64,000 bases of DNA from Raillietiella orientalis (GCA_036172245.1 JAYWIR010000032.1:2542001-2606000); one strand, 5' to 3'; counted from the first letter of the stretch, positions 50,311 to 63,505 are shown. The notes: generated from the letters alone by a model not told the origin. A program made the numbers and translations.

Positions 50311-50535
50311 TGAACTTCCATGCCAAAGACCAAAGACCCATGTCTCCAACTCCCTCCATATTATTTATATTTTTTGATATTTTTTTTGTGGCTCATTCCC
50401 TCCTGTTCTGGACTTTCAGATTTACCGACCTGTGTGTCGGTGTTCCCCTCTTTCGTACTTCTTAACCCTCTCTCTGGGAACTTTTTTTCTCAGATAGTAT
50501 TTCAATAAACGCCCAGGCGCACCCGGGTGGAAGAA
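50311..50535 (+). mobile_element. Tx1-like family 3' UTR and terminus
   Basis: T-rich tail followed by AATAAACGCCCAGGCGCACCCGGGTGGAAGAA. Confidence 0.65.
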
Positions 50536-50749
50536 CGCACGCAGTGTGTCCAAATAGCAAAAGCGGAAACCAAGTTCGGCGCCTGTGGCGCCCGGGCTTA
50601 GTTCACGTAACACGTAAGAATAGCCTTCCTCTCGATGCTCTATCTGCCCATAGGATATCTCTGAAGCCCCTGATCACTTTTTGGGAAGCAGAAATTTTAT
50701 TTTCCTTTGTCTCGTTGTTACTTGGCTTTTGTTAACCTTCTGCACGCGT

Positions 50750-52350
50750 TGCAAGATTTGTTGTACTGTACGTCTCCATGCTCCTCGCCCATTTCTCCAG
50801 CGTGCCATAGAATTGCGGAAACTTCAACTATGAAGGAAAGACCAAGATAAGAAATTTGAAATCACGGGTCAGGTGCTGAAGAAGGAGCCAAAAAATCGCA
50901 CCGTAGGATGGAAGTGCTTTACGAGAAAGAAAAAGATCAGTATTCAAAGCAAACGGCATCACATTGGTCGTACGTTCACTGGGAGCCAAATGAACCGAAT
51001 CCCGGAAACCAGCACATCAGAAACCCAGCGAGGACATAGCATGCGGTATTTATTGAGGCACTGCAATAGCTGATTTGCCACAGCGTGCTGCAAGAAGGGC
51101 TTCCGTGGCTACGTCCGAATTTGATCAGAGCCATACTGTCACTGACTTACGGAATATTGCGCGCCACGGGAGGCTTTTCTCCGCTCCTTGTCTTTCGCCA
51201 AACAATTTCGTACTGAGAACGCTGCTTGGTAACACTTCAGCTTAGATTGCGTGACTCCTGCAATTTTTGTTGACAGCTTCCTGTGACTTGCATTAACAAC
51301 CCATTGCAAGAACGGTGTAAGTTTTGGGAGAATTTTCTTCACTTTTGCTATAGATAATTCAAAGCACACGAACACTTCTTTCAAGCCAAAGCGGTTACTA
51401 TCTTGAATTCTGTATTTTGTAAGGCTACAGTTGAAGCTGAAAAAGACTACAAGAGCTTAGAAACGAGTAATAAAAGAGTTTACATTGAAAATCAAAACAA
51501 ACTTGCTCAAGAATGTGCATTTATTCAGTTGGAACTCAAAAGAATGTCAAACAGTGAACTCGGAAGTTATCCTTGTAGCATATCAGAGCAGAGTTTGGCA
51601 ATACTGCCAGTTACCAGTTGCAGACACCTTCCATAAGGATATATTGCGGCTCTGGGCGTTGCATAGCGACTAGGCAATACGGTTGAGCAAATGGTGAAGT
51701 GTTTTTTTTCCGTATTCCTTTCCGAAGTTAGAAATGGAAATGCCGTCGGCAATAAATCCGAGTTCTCTATTGTGAAGCTGCAGTTTCATTGCCTTCTGGA
51801 GGTGAGTGGGCCACGCAACGAACCCCTTAGCTTTTCCGTACGTGCCGAATGTACAAATAGCTGCCGCATTCAAGGAGTGGTTTGGGCTCGAGGAAGCGAA
51901 GTTTTGCTTCCAGCTCTCGTGCCTTCGCACATGGTGCCCGTGGCCATTTCTTCGCGCCACAATAGGTGCCTCGCTGTTTTCAGTTGCCGGCTGCTCGCAG
52001 TGGTGCGTTCGCTGTAGTGGTACAGGCGGGATGTTCCTGCCTTGTTGTGCTTGCACACGTTGTTCTCAAATCTGCTCCCATTCGACTTGGTCATGATGGA
52101 TCTCCACGTGTCGATGCGAACCTGTTTCTCAACCTTTGGTGTAGGAACTATCATTTCTCTCCTGCTTCTGTCTGTCTGCCATCGCAATATTCTTATGAAC
52201 TTTGCCTATCTGGATAGATGCTTCTTCCTACCAGACTTGAAAGCCATCATGGGTCGTCGCCTCCAGACAATTCTCTGCTCTCCTGAGACGCATGCTGTGC
52301 TGCAAACTCCTTGAGGTTTCCTTCTCACTTCGAGAACATTCCGTTAGTTT
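50750..52350 (+). mobile_element. Possible very old L1-like ORF2 3' relic
   Basis: HLP*GYIAALGV (cf. LPK..GGLG) and WCVRC..LHTLF (cf. C-terminal zinc finger); weak. Confidence 0.3.
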
Positions 52351-53999
52351 CGTGTGGGCGATGTTTCTCAGGAATGCAAAGCTTCTCTCCGCCTGCAGTC
52401 TGCCGGGAACGTCCTTCGATGTGGACAAGTGGATCATTCGTTGTTTTCCGCATCACGAAGAGAGAGACGTAATAACTTGCTGGGAAGACGGCTCAGGAGG
52501 GGGAGGGGGGAAATCTCACGTGTTGGAGGAAACCGCACGTGACCCTCCATAAAACCCGACGGGGCAGCGGTCTACTCGCAATTTGCTGCTCCATCCTGCG
52601 CCTGTTCTGGCTGATATTTCCAAAGGAAGGATGCCGTCACTGCTATTCAACATCGTAAGCAGCATTTGGATTTTGGATTGACCTTCTTTGTAGGAGTTCA
52701 GATGCTTTTTCGCATGCAAGACGGTTTTGGGCAATTTTCTATTAAATCGTTCATCTAAAGGGAAACCGCGGGGTTGTGGTACAGTTTGTCCAGCTAATCA
52801 GTCTGAGGGTTTCTTAGTGATGTAGCTGTTGCTTTTATTGGCACGTGAGTGACTCCCTGGTACTTCGACTTTTTCCCATGATTCGTTCATCCCGTTGCAT
52901 TACCGGATTTTTAATTTCCGCTTTGAGAATTTCGAATAAGTTTATCCTCTTCGGGTTTGTAACCTTTTCTCTTGATCTGTTTCACTTGTTGTGAGACATT
53001 CGTTGCTCTTGTTCTTCCTTTTGATCTCCTGGATTCAACTGGTTTTTTTTTTTTTTTGGTTCCTTTTTACTCGTGTTTACTATTTTGTACGCGATGATCT
53101 TGATAATGAAAGCGAAGGGAGACTTGTTTGCAGAACCAACGTGCTTTGAGTATGGAGGGAGTCTTGTACACTTTCCAGATGCTGGTACAGCGGACAAGAG
53201 AATTTCAGTCGCCAATGCGGGAAGGTTATGATTTGTGCTGTTTGTCTCCAGGCATAAAGAAATATTTGCTGAATATTTGTTTTTCTAGGTTACTACTCTA
53301 CTGTTTTTCCATTCGACAATAAGTTTTCCAGATGATCCTGCAAGCAGCATCACTTCGGAAACAGAAAAATTTCTAGCGGATTTACTTGATTTTCGTGAAT
53401 TTCTGGGACCCTGTGATTCTTTCTTCGACAAGACGGGCAGAATAAACATGTCTTTTCTTTTTATGTACTTGGAAATTTCTCAGTTTTTCCCTTTCTTTCC
53501 CATACATAGGTGCATGCACGGGAAAAGATTCTTACCACAACTTCACTAGCAACATTTTTTGGGGTCGCCACGAGAATCTCTTCAGCAATGAACTGATCTG
53601 CATAGGCGTGTAAGATGAAGACCTTCTCGTCATCATGACCGTAAGGGGCATGGGTTACATAAAGGTGCGTCGCAAGGACGCGGCACTTGTACAGAGTCTG
53701 CTTCGCCTCCCATTGTCCATCCGTGGCATGAAAATCTTCCCAGCCGCAAGGGTTGGGAATTCGTGGTGGACATTTTCGGCATTGAAGCGGAAAACTCTGA
53801 CAGCAAACTTACGAACGCGTTAGCGAAGTTCGCTTTGATACGCACGCTGTGGAGAATGCCGAGCAGCCTCAAGAGGTTCCCGTCCGTTCACAGAGGAACC
53901 GCCGTCTTCTACCTACGAGGCTACGGGTGAAAGACACAGTACACGTCGTTCACCTGTACTGTACCACAGGTCATGGTGGCGGTCCCGACCACTGCACTG

Positions 54000-56900
54000 C
54001 ACTAAGGTTTAACACTAGGGAGGACTGAGCGCTGATTGTGTCCGGAAGGTGCCCATAATCCCTTTCGAATGTAGCGGTACGTCCAGGTATGCACTTCTCC
54101 ACAGTTCCAGGTACAAGTATTCTTTTCAATAATCCCTTTCTCGATTTCCAAAAGAGACCCGGCTGCACTGGCTGTCCTCCTCTTCCACCATCATATAAGG
54201 ATGGAGATGATGAACAGGGCGACGGTACTCCTTGTCATCGGGCTGTAGCGGGGGACGTTTCGCTTTCCCTAGAACATCCTGGCCAGGACTTCTATCTTTC
54301 AGTTGTTCGGCAGCCCGATTTCCTTTTTCAAAGTTTGCCATCTTGTTGCATCTTGCGACCGGTCCAGACGTAAAGACTCGTGTCCATATCACCACATTCC
54401 CTGCAATCCTCTTCTGCTTGGAAGTGAAGTATTCCATCCTGGGGATACTCCGGATTCCTCCGTAGCTGTACATCCGAAGGTCATCCTGGATGTCCGGCGA
54501 CAGCTCACTCCTTCTGAACGGCGTTTCAATCGCCAGCATGTTGACAGTGTCACTTCCGTTGCGATTGGTAGTTTTCTGGAGAACATTGGTGTCATGATCG
54601 ACTTCACATCTGAGATGATGGAGGTTTTTCTTGTTCATCCTAGACCACGCGTAGTTCTTTCGTTTTTCCAAAATTCGCATATCCTGTAATTAACTTTCCT
54701 TTCCCCATCTTGATGTACTTGAGCACGCATTAGTGGTGGTAGTAGCCACAGCGTCTACGCTGCACTATTCTTCTTGAGGTAAATCTGTGTCTCTGTTATA
54801 TCCAGCTCCTTGCGTCACTAGGGATAGGGAGAAGCCAGGGGATTACAAGGATGGATTCCACTTTCCAGGGTTCCTTGCTTCGAGGCAGGATCTCGAGTTG
54901 GCGCTCCTGCATCAGTGCCTACTTCTTTCTCCATGTTGGGTCGATAATGATTCATCCTCTTTCTCGGCATAATAGAGCAGTCATTAGGCCTGTCATTATG
55001 CTTATGGTCAGTCCTTCCATTTGGCTGTGGTGTTTAGGGCTTACTGGGTTGTAAGCCTTAACAACTTGTCCGGAATACTTACTCTATCCCATTTTCTCAC
55101 CTTAAAAAACGGGAACAAATGTAATGCTGTGTATATAAATGATGTAAAAAAAAGCCTCTTTTAAAGTATTTTCACGAGGTTGCTGAGCGGCCCAGTTTTC
55201 TCCATATCTTAGGCAGCATCTCATGATCGACGGTATCGAACACTTTTTCGATGTCAGTAAAGCCCAGCATCAAGTCTTCATCGATGTAACGACTGGGCCT
55301 AATGATGGCCTGGGCACACTCGACATTGTCCGATATGTGGCTCTAGGTTTCCAATCACGTCTCCACCGGAGCAGTGAACACTGACATGTTCTCACTCAAG
55401 TGGTTGGATCAGATCTTCGCCAACTACTTGGCATTTGAATTTTATTAATCTACCTATAAGAGGAGCAGCAAGAAGATTACCAGCCGATCGCATATGCTGA
55501 AGGTGCAACTCTTAGGATGAGATATCATCGCACATATTGGATCACAGCGCAATGCACTTCCCGATGTACACCTCTAGACACAATGCAATCGTGCTGAAAA
55601 TGCAAGATTTTGCCATAAAGGTAGGGGGATGCACGCTATTATCAGTGGACCAAAGGACACCTGGAGTCCACTCCCTGTTGAGGCCGGATCGCATCTTTGA
55701 AGAACATGGAAAGTGGATCATAGTAAACGTTACTTGTCCATTCGAAGGCAAAGAAAATGCGTTCACGAAAGCAAGGAAAATAAAGAAAAAAAAATATCAA
55801 ACTCTAATCCACAGCATCAACCATTCCGGCAAAACTGCCATCATGCAAGTTTTCATCGTGCAATCCCAAGAACGACACCGCACTACGACTACTAGGAATT
55901 AGAGAGAACCAAGGCAAACAGTTGAGAAAGCTGTGTGTATCCTGCTGCATCCTCCACAGACTGGGTCATCTACCTGGCGATGCGAGAAACCTCATCCGTT
56001 ATATTATAAAACAGGAAAACCGCAGCGAACAGTCCACTACGAACTCAGTTCGTCAATCATATTGGAAAAGCTGGAAGAGCGGGCAGAGCCAGCGGGAATG
56101 ATTCTGCAGTTGTAACCAAAATTAATTTAATGAAAAGATTGGTCTCCATTGGATAACCTTAGTCAGGTCACCTCCTTTCGGCAACAATCACATCCTGCTC
56201 TCGTAGAAGGATGCTGGTAGTCTCTCTTCTTGGATGCATAGAGTCCTCTGGAGGAACAGGCGTAGATATGAGTGCAGCTACCGCTGATAGTGCGTGATGG
56301 GAACAATATCAGCGCCCGCAGCCAGATTTTTGCAAAGTTCTGCGGAAGTAGCCATTATTTACTCAGCAGAGATTTCCTCTTCGAGCATCTTCTTTTGATG
56401 TTCCTTAATTCATCTGCTCAGGTGCCACAAGAAAACCTCTTGTTGGGGAGGGCACAGTTCTCATCGGAAGGGCTCGGTGTCACGTCTTTGGAAGGCGTTC
56501 ACAATTCCATCGATGATGTGTGCTGGCTTGGACTGCCGTCCTGGATGCAGATGTTGGTCGTCAAATTCTTTTTTCCAGCACGCAGACTCCCCCTTCTACA
56601 TTTCGATAGGCGTTTTGACTATTATACTGTACTTATTATTTTGTAAGGAAGCGTTCTTCAATGTTCTGCTTCCGGTACGCTCCCTGAGTCATTCTCTTGT
56701 CCCCATACTGAACGTTACAGAACAGGTGGACTCGATGCTTCTGAATGTCTCAGTCGGTGACTCTGCAAATGGTAGTGGTTTGCAGAATCGCGTGCATGAC
56801 CTTCTAATGACAAGTGAGCATGCAGAAAAGCGCTGCCCTATTGTCTTTTTCCGCTGAGGATTTCCCGTTTTCAGATAAAAACTGCACCAATAGATGATCC

Positions 56901-57250
56901 TACAGCAGAGTCTGCGTTTCCCGAAAACCTTGAATGCGATTCTCCACTTCGAAGCTGTAAAGGACGTGATCGATCGCTGCAACACCGTTTGACACTATGT
57001 GGTCGATCGGCTTGAGGCTTGTTGTTAGCCACAACAGTCTGAATTCCTTGGACAGTTGTCGATACTCTACTCTTCCTCTGGAGTCTTGAATGCGCCTGAT
57101 CTCGTCCCGGACAACCATGTTCTTCGCTGGGATTTCTTGACACAACGTTTCGTGTAGCGCCTCCGTGCACTGGTGTTTTGCTTGTGCGTTCCGTACACCA
57201 TCGTCAGATGGATCAGCACATCCGTGAACCGACGATTTTTCCAGGCATTA
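54000..57250 (-). mobile_element. Degenerate L1-like ORF2 (APE-RT) of a second, AT-richer family, interrupted by an RLE fragment
   Basis: LTMVYGT and AAIDHVLYS (APE), LPASFYESRM*LLPKGGDLTKVIQWRPI (RT1-2, ~56140-56225), ISDNV...FTDIEKVFDTVDHEML (RT3, 55200-55340). Confidence 0.7.
55480..55900 (+). mobile_element. 3' fragment of a second NeSL/Utopia-like RLE element (CCHC relic plus restriction-like endonuclease)
   Basis: C*RC..E..SHIL, RHNAIV, LLRPDRIF..IIVNVTCPFEG..AFTKARKIKKKKY. Confidence 0.85.
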
Positions 57251-57875
57251 CCCCGTTCTCGTGCGGGGTGACGGAGTCGTTCCCGCACCTTGTTTTAAAC
57301 TGCCCTCCACGAACTCTGGAAGAGGTTGGTAGCAGCACTCCTGTCAACGGGGAACACCGCTCGAGAAGTGCTGCGACGCTTCTTCCAAGCTCAAGGACTT
57401 TCGACGGCAGCGATGATTCCGACCGTTATTGCATCCGCGTCATGGTCACGGTCCGAGACGTGCTGGAGAACACTGGGCAGCGACGTTGTGTCACCAGGAA
57501 GGCAGCCGACTTCATCAGCGCGGCTACTAGGTGGCATCAGTTAACCGAAATCTCAACGTAGGAGCTCACCGGCATCCACAGCCGGATTACCTAAGGTTTG
57601 GACCGACGATCCCAGTGATCCACGTCCATTCCCATTTAATTTCATTTTTGTTTTCGCTCGCCACCTCGCATTCGCTCCGTGGTGCTTTTAGTGCTTTCAC
57701 CCTGTCTTTTCCGGTGACCACGGAGCGTCACTAAAGATCCCTAGCCCTTTTCTCCCATTTAGGCTGTTCTTTTTTGTTTGTAGTCCCCTCCTCCCCACCC
57801 GTTCCGGACCTTCCGTTTTCCTGGCCTGTTTGCCAGTGGCATATCTCTGTTGGTTTTTTGTAGTTGTCGGCTCGA
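57250..57875 (+). mobile_element. Tx1-like family C-terminus and 3' UTR
   Basis: Strong nucleotide similarity to the reverse complement of 61340-62000 (e.g. TGTGTCACCAGGAAGGCAGCCGACTT). Confidence 0.85.
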
Positions 57876-59035
57876 TTTTCACCCTGGTAAGCTGGGGCTT
57901 TAATTATTAAAAATTTTCACATTTATTAATTCCTGTCGTCTGTATTTGTGTTCCAATCAGAACACATTGTTCTTATTCTCTTATGCACTTGTCCTTTCCT
58001 ACTTGTATGCCGGTAAGTTCTCCTGCACTGGCGAAGGGACGGGAAAAAGAGAAAAAAAAACAAAAAAAAAGAAAAAACGCTTGGGGGACAATGTTTATGG
58101 GGAAGGGAGGGAAGGGAAGGGATCACGGTTCGCCGAGGGGAGGCCTCTGCATCTGGTTCTGGCAGAATTTTACTTAGCCGGCGACAACGGGAAGCCTTCT
58201 TCATGGAGATGACTGCCCAGTGGATGGCATTCCGACTACTGCGGCCTCTTATTGACGCGTTCCACTTGTCCAATATTCCCCGTATGCAGCAGAGAACTGC
58301 AAAACACGCGGCACCTGGCAAGGAGTTCCGCATCAAGAGGCGCCGAAAAATGTTTTTAGGGTCGTCCACCGGTACGTTTATGGCCGACGAGAGTCGATCC
58401 CACGTGAGGCGGAGGGTAACACATTCGATGAGTAAGTGGGGGAAGGTCTCCCTTTCCCCGCACTCTGTACAATGGGCATCCAATCTCCCCAATGTCCAGT
58501 GAGACAGGCGTGCTCTGCTCAAAAGACCCCAATGGAGCACAAGCAGCGTCGTCTCCTGCCAATACAAAGGGAGGGTGCCACTGTCCCAATACGCCGGGGG
58601 CCACTTCACCTCCTCCGGAGGCATGCCAAGCACCTCTCCCAGCGCACAATTCCATTTGGCGGGACACTCGGGGTTGTAGCGTCCGCTAGTTCCCGGGACG
58701 TCCACGCCTTCATCAGTTGTTTCCTGCCTCCGATGAGGCAGGACACTTCATAAGATGCCTCCTCTTGGCTGTCCCTGGATTCTCTGAGGGAGGGCAGCAC
58801 GAGGGCAAGGGGGGTGAATGAAGCACACAAAAGCTTTTGTGGGTTGAAAACGATCTCCCACAGGGGCTGTCCAGCGTTCCTGCCTCTACGGAGGCAGAAG
58901 TCCACCTCGCTGGAGCCGTTGATTTTTGCCCACGCGGAAACGGACTCCTGAAGCCAAGTATTCCAGTTTGCGGGACTGCAGGAGATCCACTGGTTGCTCC
59001 TTACCAGGGCCACTAATTCTCGTAGCTAAAACCCA
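57876..59035 (-). mobile_element. 5'-truncated Tx1-like family copy (C-terminal zinc-finger region and 3' end)
   Basis: WISCSPANWNTW, WQETTLLVLHWGL, CTECGERETFPHLLIEC; ATTAAA plus hairpin terminus. Confidence 0.88.
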
Positions 59036-59039
59036 CCAT

Positions 59040-60885
59040 GACCTGGCACGCTCGCCGTAGCAGCGTATGCCGACTATCTTCTGCTCTTGTTGCCCATGTC
59101 CACCCCGGCAACGGCAGTCGGAGACTTCTTCGATCTGATTCACCGTGGGACCGGACTGCAGGTTAACAGGGCGAAGTCGTCGGTGGTGCCAGTTGGTGCG
59201 ACGTGGGCAGGGAGGCCTGATTGGATCCATTTGGGGATCCCCACGGCCAGGTACCTCAAGTACCTGGGCATACCGCTGGGGCACTTCTGCTTCGCAGAAG
59301 CCTGGTCAGGTCGTCTCCAGAAAGTGGAGCTTTCGATCGGCCCGTTCCTGGAAGGCAAGTTTCACTTGCCGGAACGGGCCGCGGTATGGAACGTCTTCGC
59401 GGCATCCATCCTCCGCCCCCTACTTTTTGTTTGCCCCGTCCCCGTTGAAGTGAAAAAGAGGACAAAGGACCCCCTCTGCATCGCCCTTTGGGGCAAGGGC
59501 AGGCCTCGAGTCCCTTTGAAGGACTTGTGCGCTCCACGTCGGGACAGCGGTCTCAGCCTCCTGACGCTGGAGCGCGTGGAAATTCAGCTGCGATGGCGCA
59601 CCATGGCCAACGCGGCGAAGATGTGGAGCATTTCTTGGTGCATTCCGGCCCGCCTTCTCGCTAGCCGTGTGTCTGGGATCGAAGGACTCGCGTCTTTTCT
59701 TCTGTGTCCCGGCCGGAAGATCCGAAGATGCGGCCTTCTGCTAGGACACATGGCAACCCTGGCGAAGGAGAACAGCTGGATAGTTTGCTGACCCGCCAAC
59801 TCCTCCACCTGGCTGGAGGAGACGATCGGCACCTGGGCTGTAGTAAACCAGAGGAGCCACGAGTCGTAGAATTGCCTGCGTTGCGGCCCCTATGCCCGCT
59901 GTATCCTGTGGCACCTCTTGAAGTGTCCCGCTAAAAGAACGTGGGCAGAGACGACCTGCCTAGCTACGGCCTTGCCCTTCCTGAGGAGGGCGCTTGAAAG
60001 CAGCCGGACACCACGGTGGCAAGTCTTCTGATGCATTGCGGGACGTGAGAAGATGATGAGCGGATGGACCATGGGAGAGCTGGCCGACGTCACGAAACCG
60101 AGCGTCCATCCGCAAGGATTACCGAGATGGGGCGAGCTGCTCGCCATCCCAATGGATGAGCTGAAGAGGCCCCCGGTTTCAAAAGAATCCAGGATCCTTC
60201 CCTTTAAGTGGCAAGAGACGGCGTTGCTACTGTTGCACTGGGGTTTACCCTGCGACGCGTGCCGCTTCCACTGGACAAGGGGAGCTGTGGATCCTGATTG
60301 TGCCAGGTGTGGGAAGCGGGAATCGCTTCTTCACCTTCTTGTTGACTGTGTTACCCTTTGACCCCCATGGGAAAGGTTTGGGACGAACCTCGGGCTCCCA
60401 AAGGGCAGCGCGCCCAGAGACGTTTTTCGGCTACTATTCGTTCGGGACGCCCTACAGCCAGCCGCAGTCGTGGCAGCACTTTGCTGCATGCGAGGCATCG
60501 TGGAGGCTTGGAGTGATGTCCACGACGAAGGAGATGGCCACTACGAGAGGGACGTCATCCCATATGCTCTTCGCTTCATGGTGAGAGCCACATGATGGCC
60601 CCAACTGGAACAAATGCAGATGGACCTCAAGGGCATCCTGCGAAGGATGGGCCCTTCTCCCAGGAAACAGTGATCCCTTCCCCCCCTCCAAACTGTTCGT
60701 TTTTTTTTCATTTTTATTTCTCTTTTTGTGTTCTCCCCCATCCCCTTCCACTGCCGAGGAGAGTCACGCCGGCCTGCGTCCCGGCGTCCCGGCAGGTACG
60801 GAGTTGTGTGGCTGTTAGTGGGGCCTGGTACCACGTTTTGTAGAGCTTTTTCAATAAACGCCCTGGGCATACCCGGGTGGGAACC
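59040..60885 (+). mobile_element. 5'-truncated Tx1-like family copy (RT5 to 3' end)
   Basis: AAYADYLLL, YLKYLGIPLG, LKDLCAPRRDSGL, WQETALLLLHWGL, CARCGKRESLLHLLVDC; AATAAA plus hairpin at 60853-60884. Confidence 0.9.
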
Positions 60886-60889
60886 CCAA

Positions 60890-61260
60890 ATCCCGCAGGT
60901 AGGCGGTGCAGAGGGAAATGGTTGCAGAACTACTGGACCGAACGCTTGAAGCAGTCCAGGTCCTGAAATGTCGGCAGCCTGAAGCTTTGTATGAACGTGC
61001 GGAGATGTTCCGCCGCGTCCGGAAGCTTCAGTCAGTCCCCTGGCAAACGTCACGCTGACGAGGGGGGGCCCCTGTCGTGCGGATGAATCTGGAGCACGAT
61101 CGGGCGATAGTCGGACAGCTCGGACGGTAACTTTCCGCGCCTACTCACGCGAGGGCACAGGTGCTGGTCAAGGAACACGTGATCAATGCTGTCCTCCATC
61201 CCCGGTTCACTGGCCAACAAGTTACATGTGCACCGCCTTACACACCTCGCTGAAAGGTCG
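60890..61260 (-). mobile_element. APE endonuclease C-terminal fragment of an L1/Tx1-like ORF2
   Basis: SIDHVFLD...ELSDYRPIVL (cf. RIDY / SDH motifs). Confidence 0.75.
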
Positions 61261-61302
61261 CGTTCGTGATTCTGCCCATCTGGTTTCAGGCGAACGTTGA
61301 AA

Positions 61303-63505
61303 TTTTTCACCCGGTCACGCCGAAACGTTTATTGATATAAACTAGCTGGAAACAGTTGTTTCCAGTTAGCGACTACAAAAACCTACAACGGAGATGCACT
61401 ACTGGCACGCAGACCAGGAAAACGGAAGAACGGGAACGAATGGGGGAGGAGGGGACTACAAACAAAAAAGAAAAGTGTAATTGGGAGGAATGGGCAAGGG
61501 AACTTTGGTGACGCTCCGCAGTCACCGGCAAAATCAAAGGGTGATGGCACCAAAAGCACTACAGAGTGAATGGGAGGAGGGGCGCGAGAACAAAAATGCA
61601 GTTTAAAGGGGATGGAGGTGGATCACAGGGTTCGTCGTTCCAATCCGTGCTTAATCCGGCGATGGATGCCAGTGAGCTCCTCCGTTGAGTTTTCACTCAA
61701 ATGTCGCCACCCAGCTGCCGCCCTGATAAAGTCGGCTGCCTTCCTGGTGACACAGCATCGCTGACCAGTGTTCTCCAGCACGTTTCGGACCATGACGATG
61801 GCGTGGATGCAACCAACTGTGGAAATCATCGCAGCCGTCGGAAGTCCTTGCGCTTGGAAGAAGCGTCGCAGCAATTCACGGGCGGTGTCCCCCGGTGGCA
61901 GGAGTGCTGCTGCCAACCTCCGCCAGAGTTCCTGGAAGGCACCGCAGTCCATAACAAGGTGCGGGAACGACTCCGTCGCCCCGCACCGGGCACAGTAGGG
62001 AGAAGCCACCCCACCGGAAACTCCGTGGCTCGTTATGGCGCAAGCCCCAGTGCAAGAAGAGGAAGACGTCTTGCTTCCATGCAAGATGAAACACCGAACC
62101 GTTTAAACAGCAGGGAGAAATTATAAGTTCCTCGGGGGCAACCCCAAGAACTTCTCCCCACCGAAGTAATCCCTTTGCTGAATCACGAGGAGTGGCGGCA
62201 TCCGCCAGCTCGCTCGTGTCCCATTCGCCGAGTAGTTTCGCTCTTCCTGCGATGGTGTAGAAGAGCTCCCACCTTGCCGGTTGGCCGCTGTCTTCTCGAA
62301 CCTCGAGTGCAGACAGTGCTTCGGTGAGGGGCGTGGCGGCCAGGGAGGTAAACTTCACCTCTTCCTGCATGACATCTTGGAGTGGCCAAGGTTGAAATTG
62401 ACGCAGGGGGCGAAGATCTTCACGGCTCATTCCTAAGAATGCAGCATAGGAATCAATAGATTCCTGCCGCCAAGCATTGTAGTTTATTGGGCTGCAGGAA
62501 ATCTACCTATTTACTTTCAACAGTGTGGCGAGTTGCCTCAAAGGATACTCAAATACCTGTTTCCCGTGATGCATGCCTGGCACAAGGAAAGAAGTCCTTC
62601 ACTGCCGGCACACCTCCGTAAGAGAATGCGCGCAGGCGCACACAGAGAAGTCCATGGCTCGGCACACAGTGCGAGCATTCGGAACTGCACCTGCAGTCCT
62701 CTTCTCTCCATCGTAAGGATGCAAAGGCCAGCATTCCGACGAGGAGCCGTCAGGTCTTTCAATCGGATCCTGGATCGCGCCGGACCCCAGAGAGGGTTCC
62801 TTAGCAGGCATTTTGCCCGTTCTTTGGCCGCGTAGGGGGGGTCCAAGACAAAAAACAGGGGTCGGAGGAGAGGGGCCACGAAGGTGTTTCAAATAGCCGC
62901 CGTTCCGGCAAGGTAAACTTGCCATTAGTGAACGGACTTGCGGCCAACTCTGCCTTACGAAGGCAGTCCGACCACGCCTCGGCAGCGCCGAGGTCGCCCA
63001 GCGGAACGCCAAGGTACTTGAAGTACCTTGCCGTGGAGATCCCCAGGCGGATCCAGTCGGACTGCCCCTTCCGCGACGCTCCTACAGGAACGACCACGCT
63101 CGTCTTCCTGTTCACGCACACGCCCGCTCCCCGTTGAACCAGTTCGAAAAAATCTTCGACACTGGACACCGGGCTGGATATGGCGAGCAGAGGAAGCAGG
63201 TCATCTGCATAGGCAGCAACGGCAGGCGTTCCCGGTCAAGAGCTCGGCAGGTTGGCCAGCGTCAGCCTGTAAGTCCTCAGCACCAACTCAAAGAAGATGC
63301 TGAAGAGCAACGGGATTCAACTGTCGTCTTGCCTGATGCCCCTGCGTACGGGAGTACCGTACACGTGGCAACCGCTAAAAGAAATGCAGGTTAGCGCGTG
63401 ACGCCAGCAAGCGCGCAAGTACTTTAAAAGTTGCGCTAGGAGACCCAGGCGTTCCAAGAGCTCCAATAGGAGTCTTTGGTTCACGCAATCGAACGCCTTG
63501 CTTCT
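61303..63505 (-). mobile_element. 5'-truncated Tx1-like family copy (RT3 to 3' end)
   Basis: KAFDCVNQ, RRGIRQ, AAYADDLL, FKYLGVPLG, CARCGATESFPHLVMDC; AATAAA plus hairpin at 61333-61303. Confidence 0.9.
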
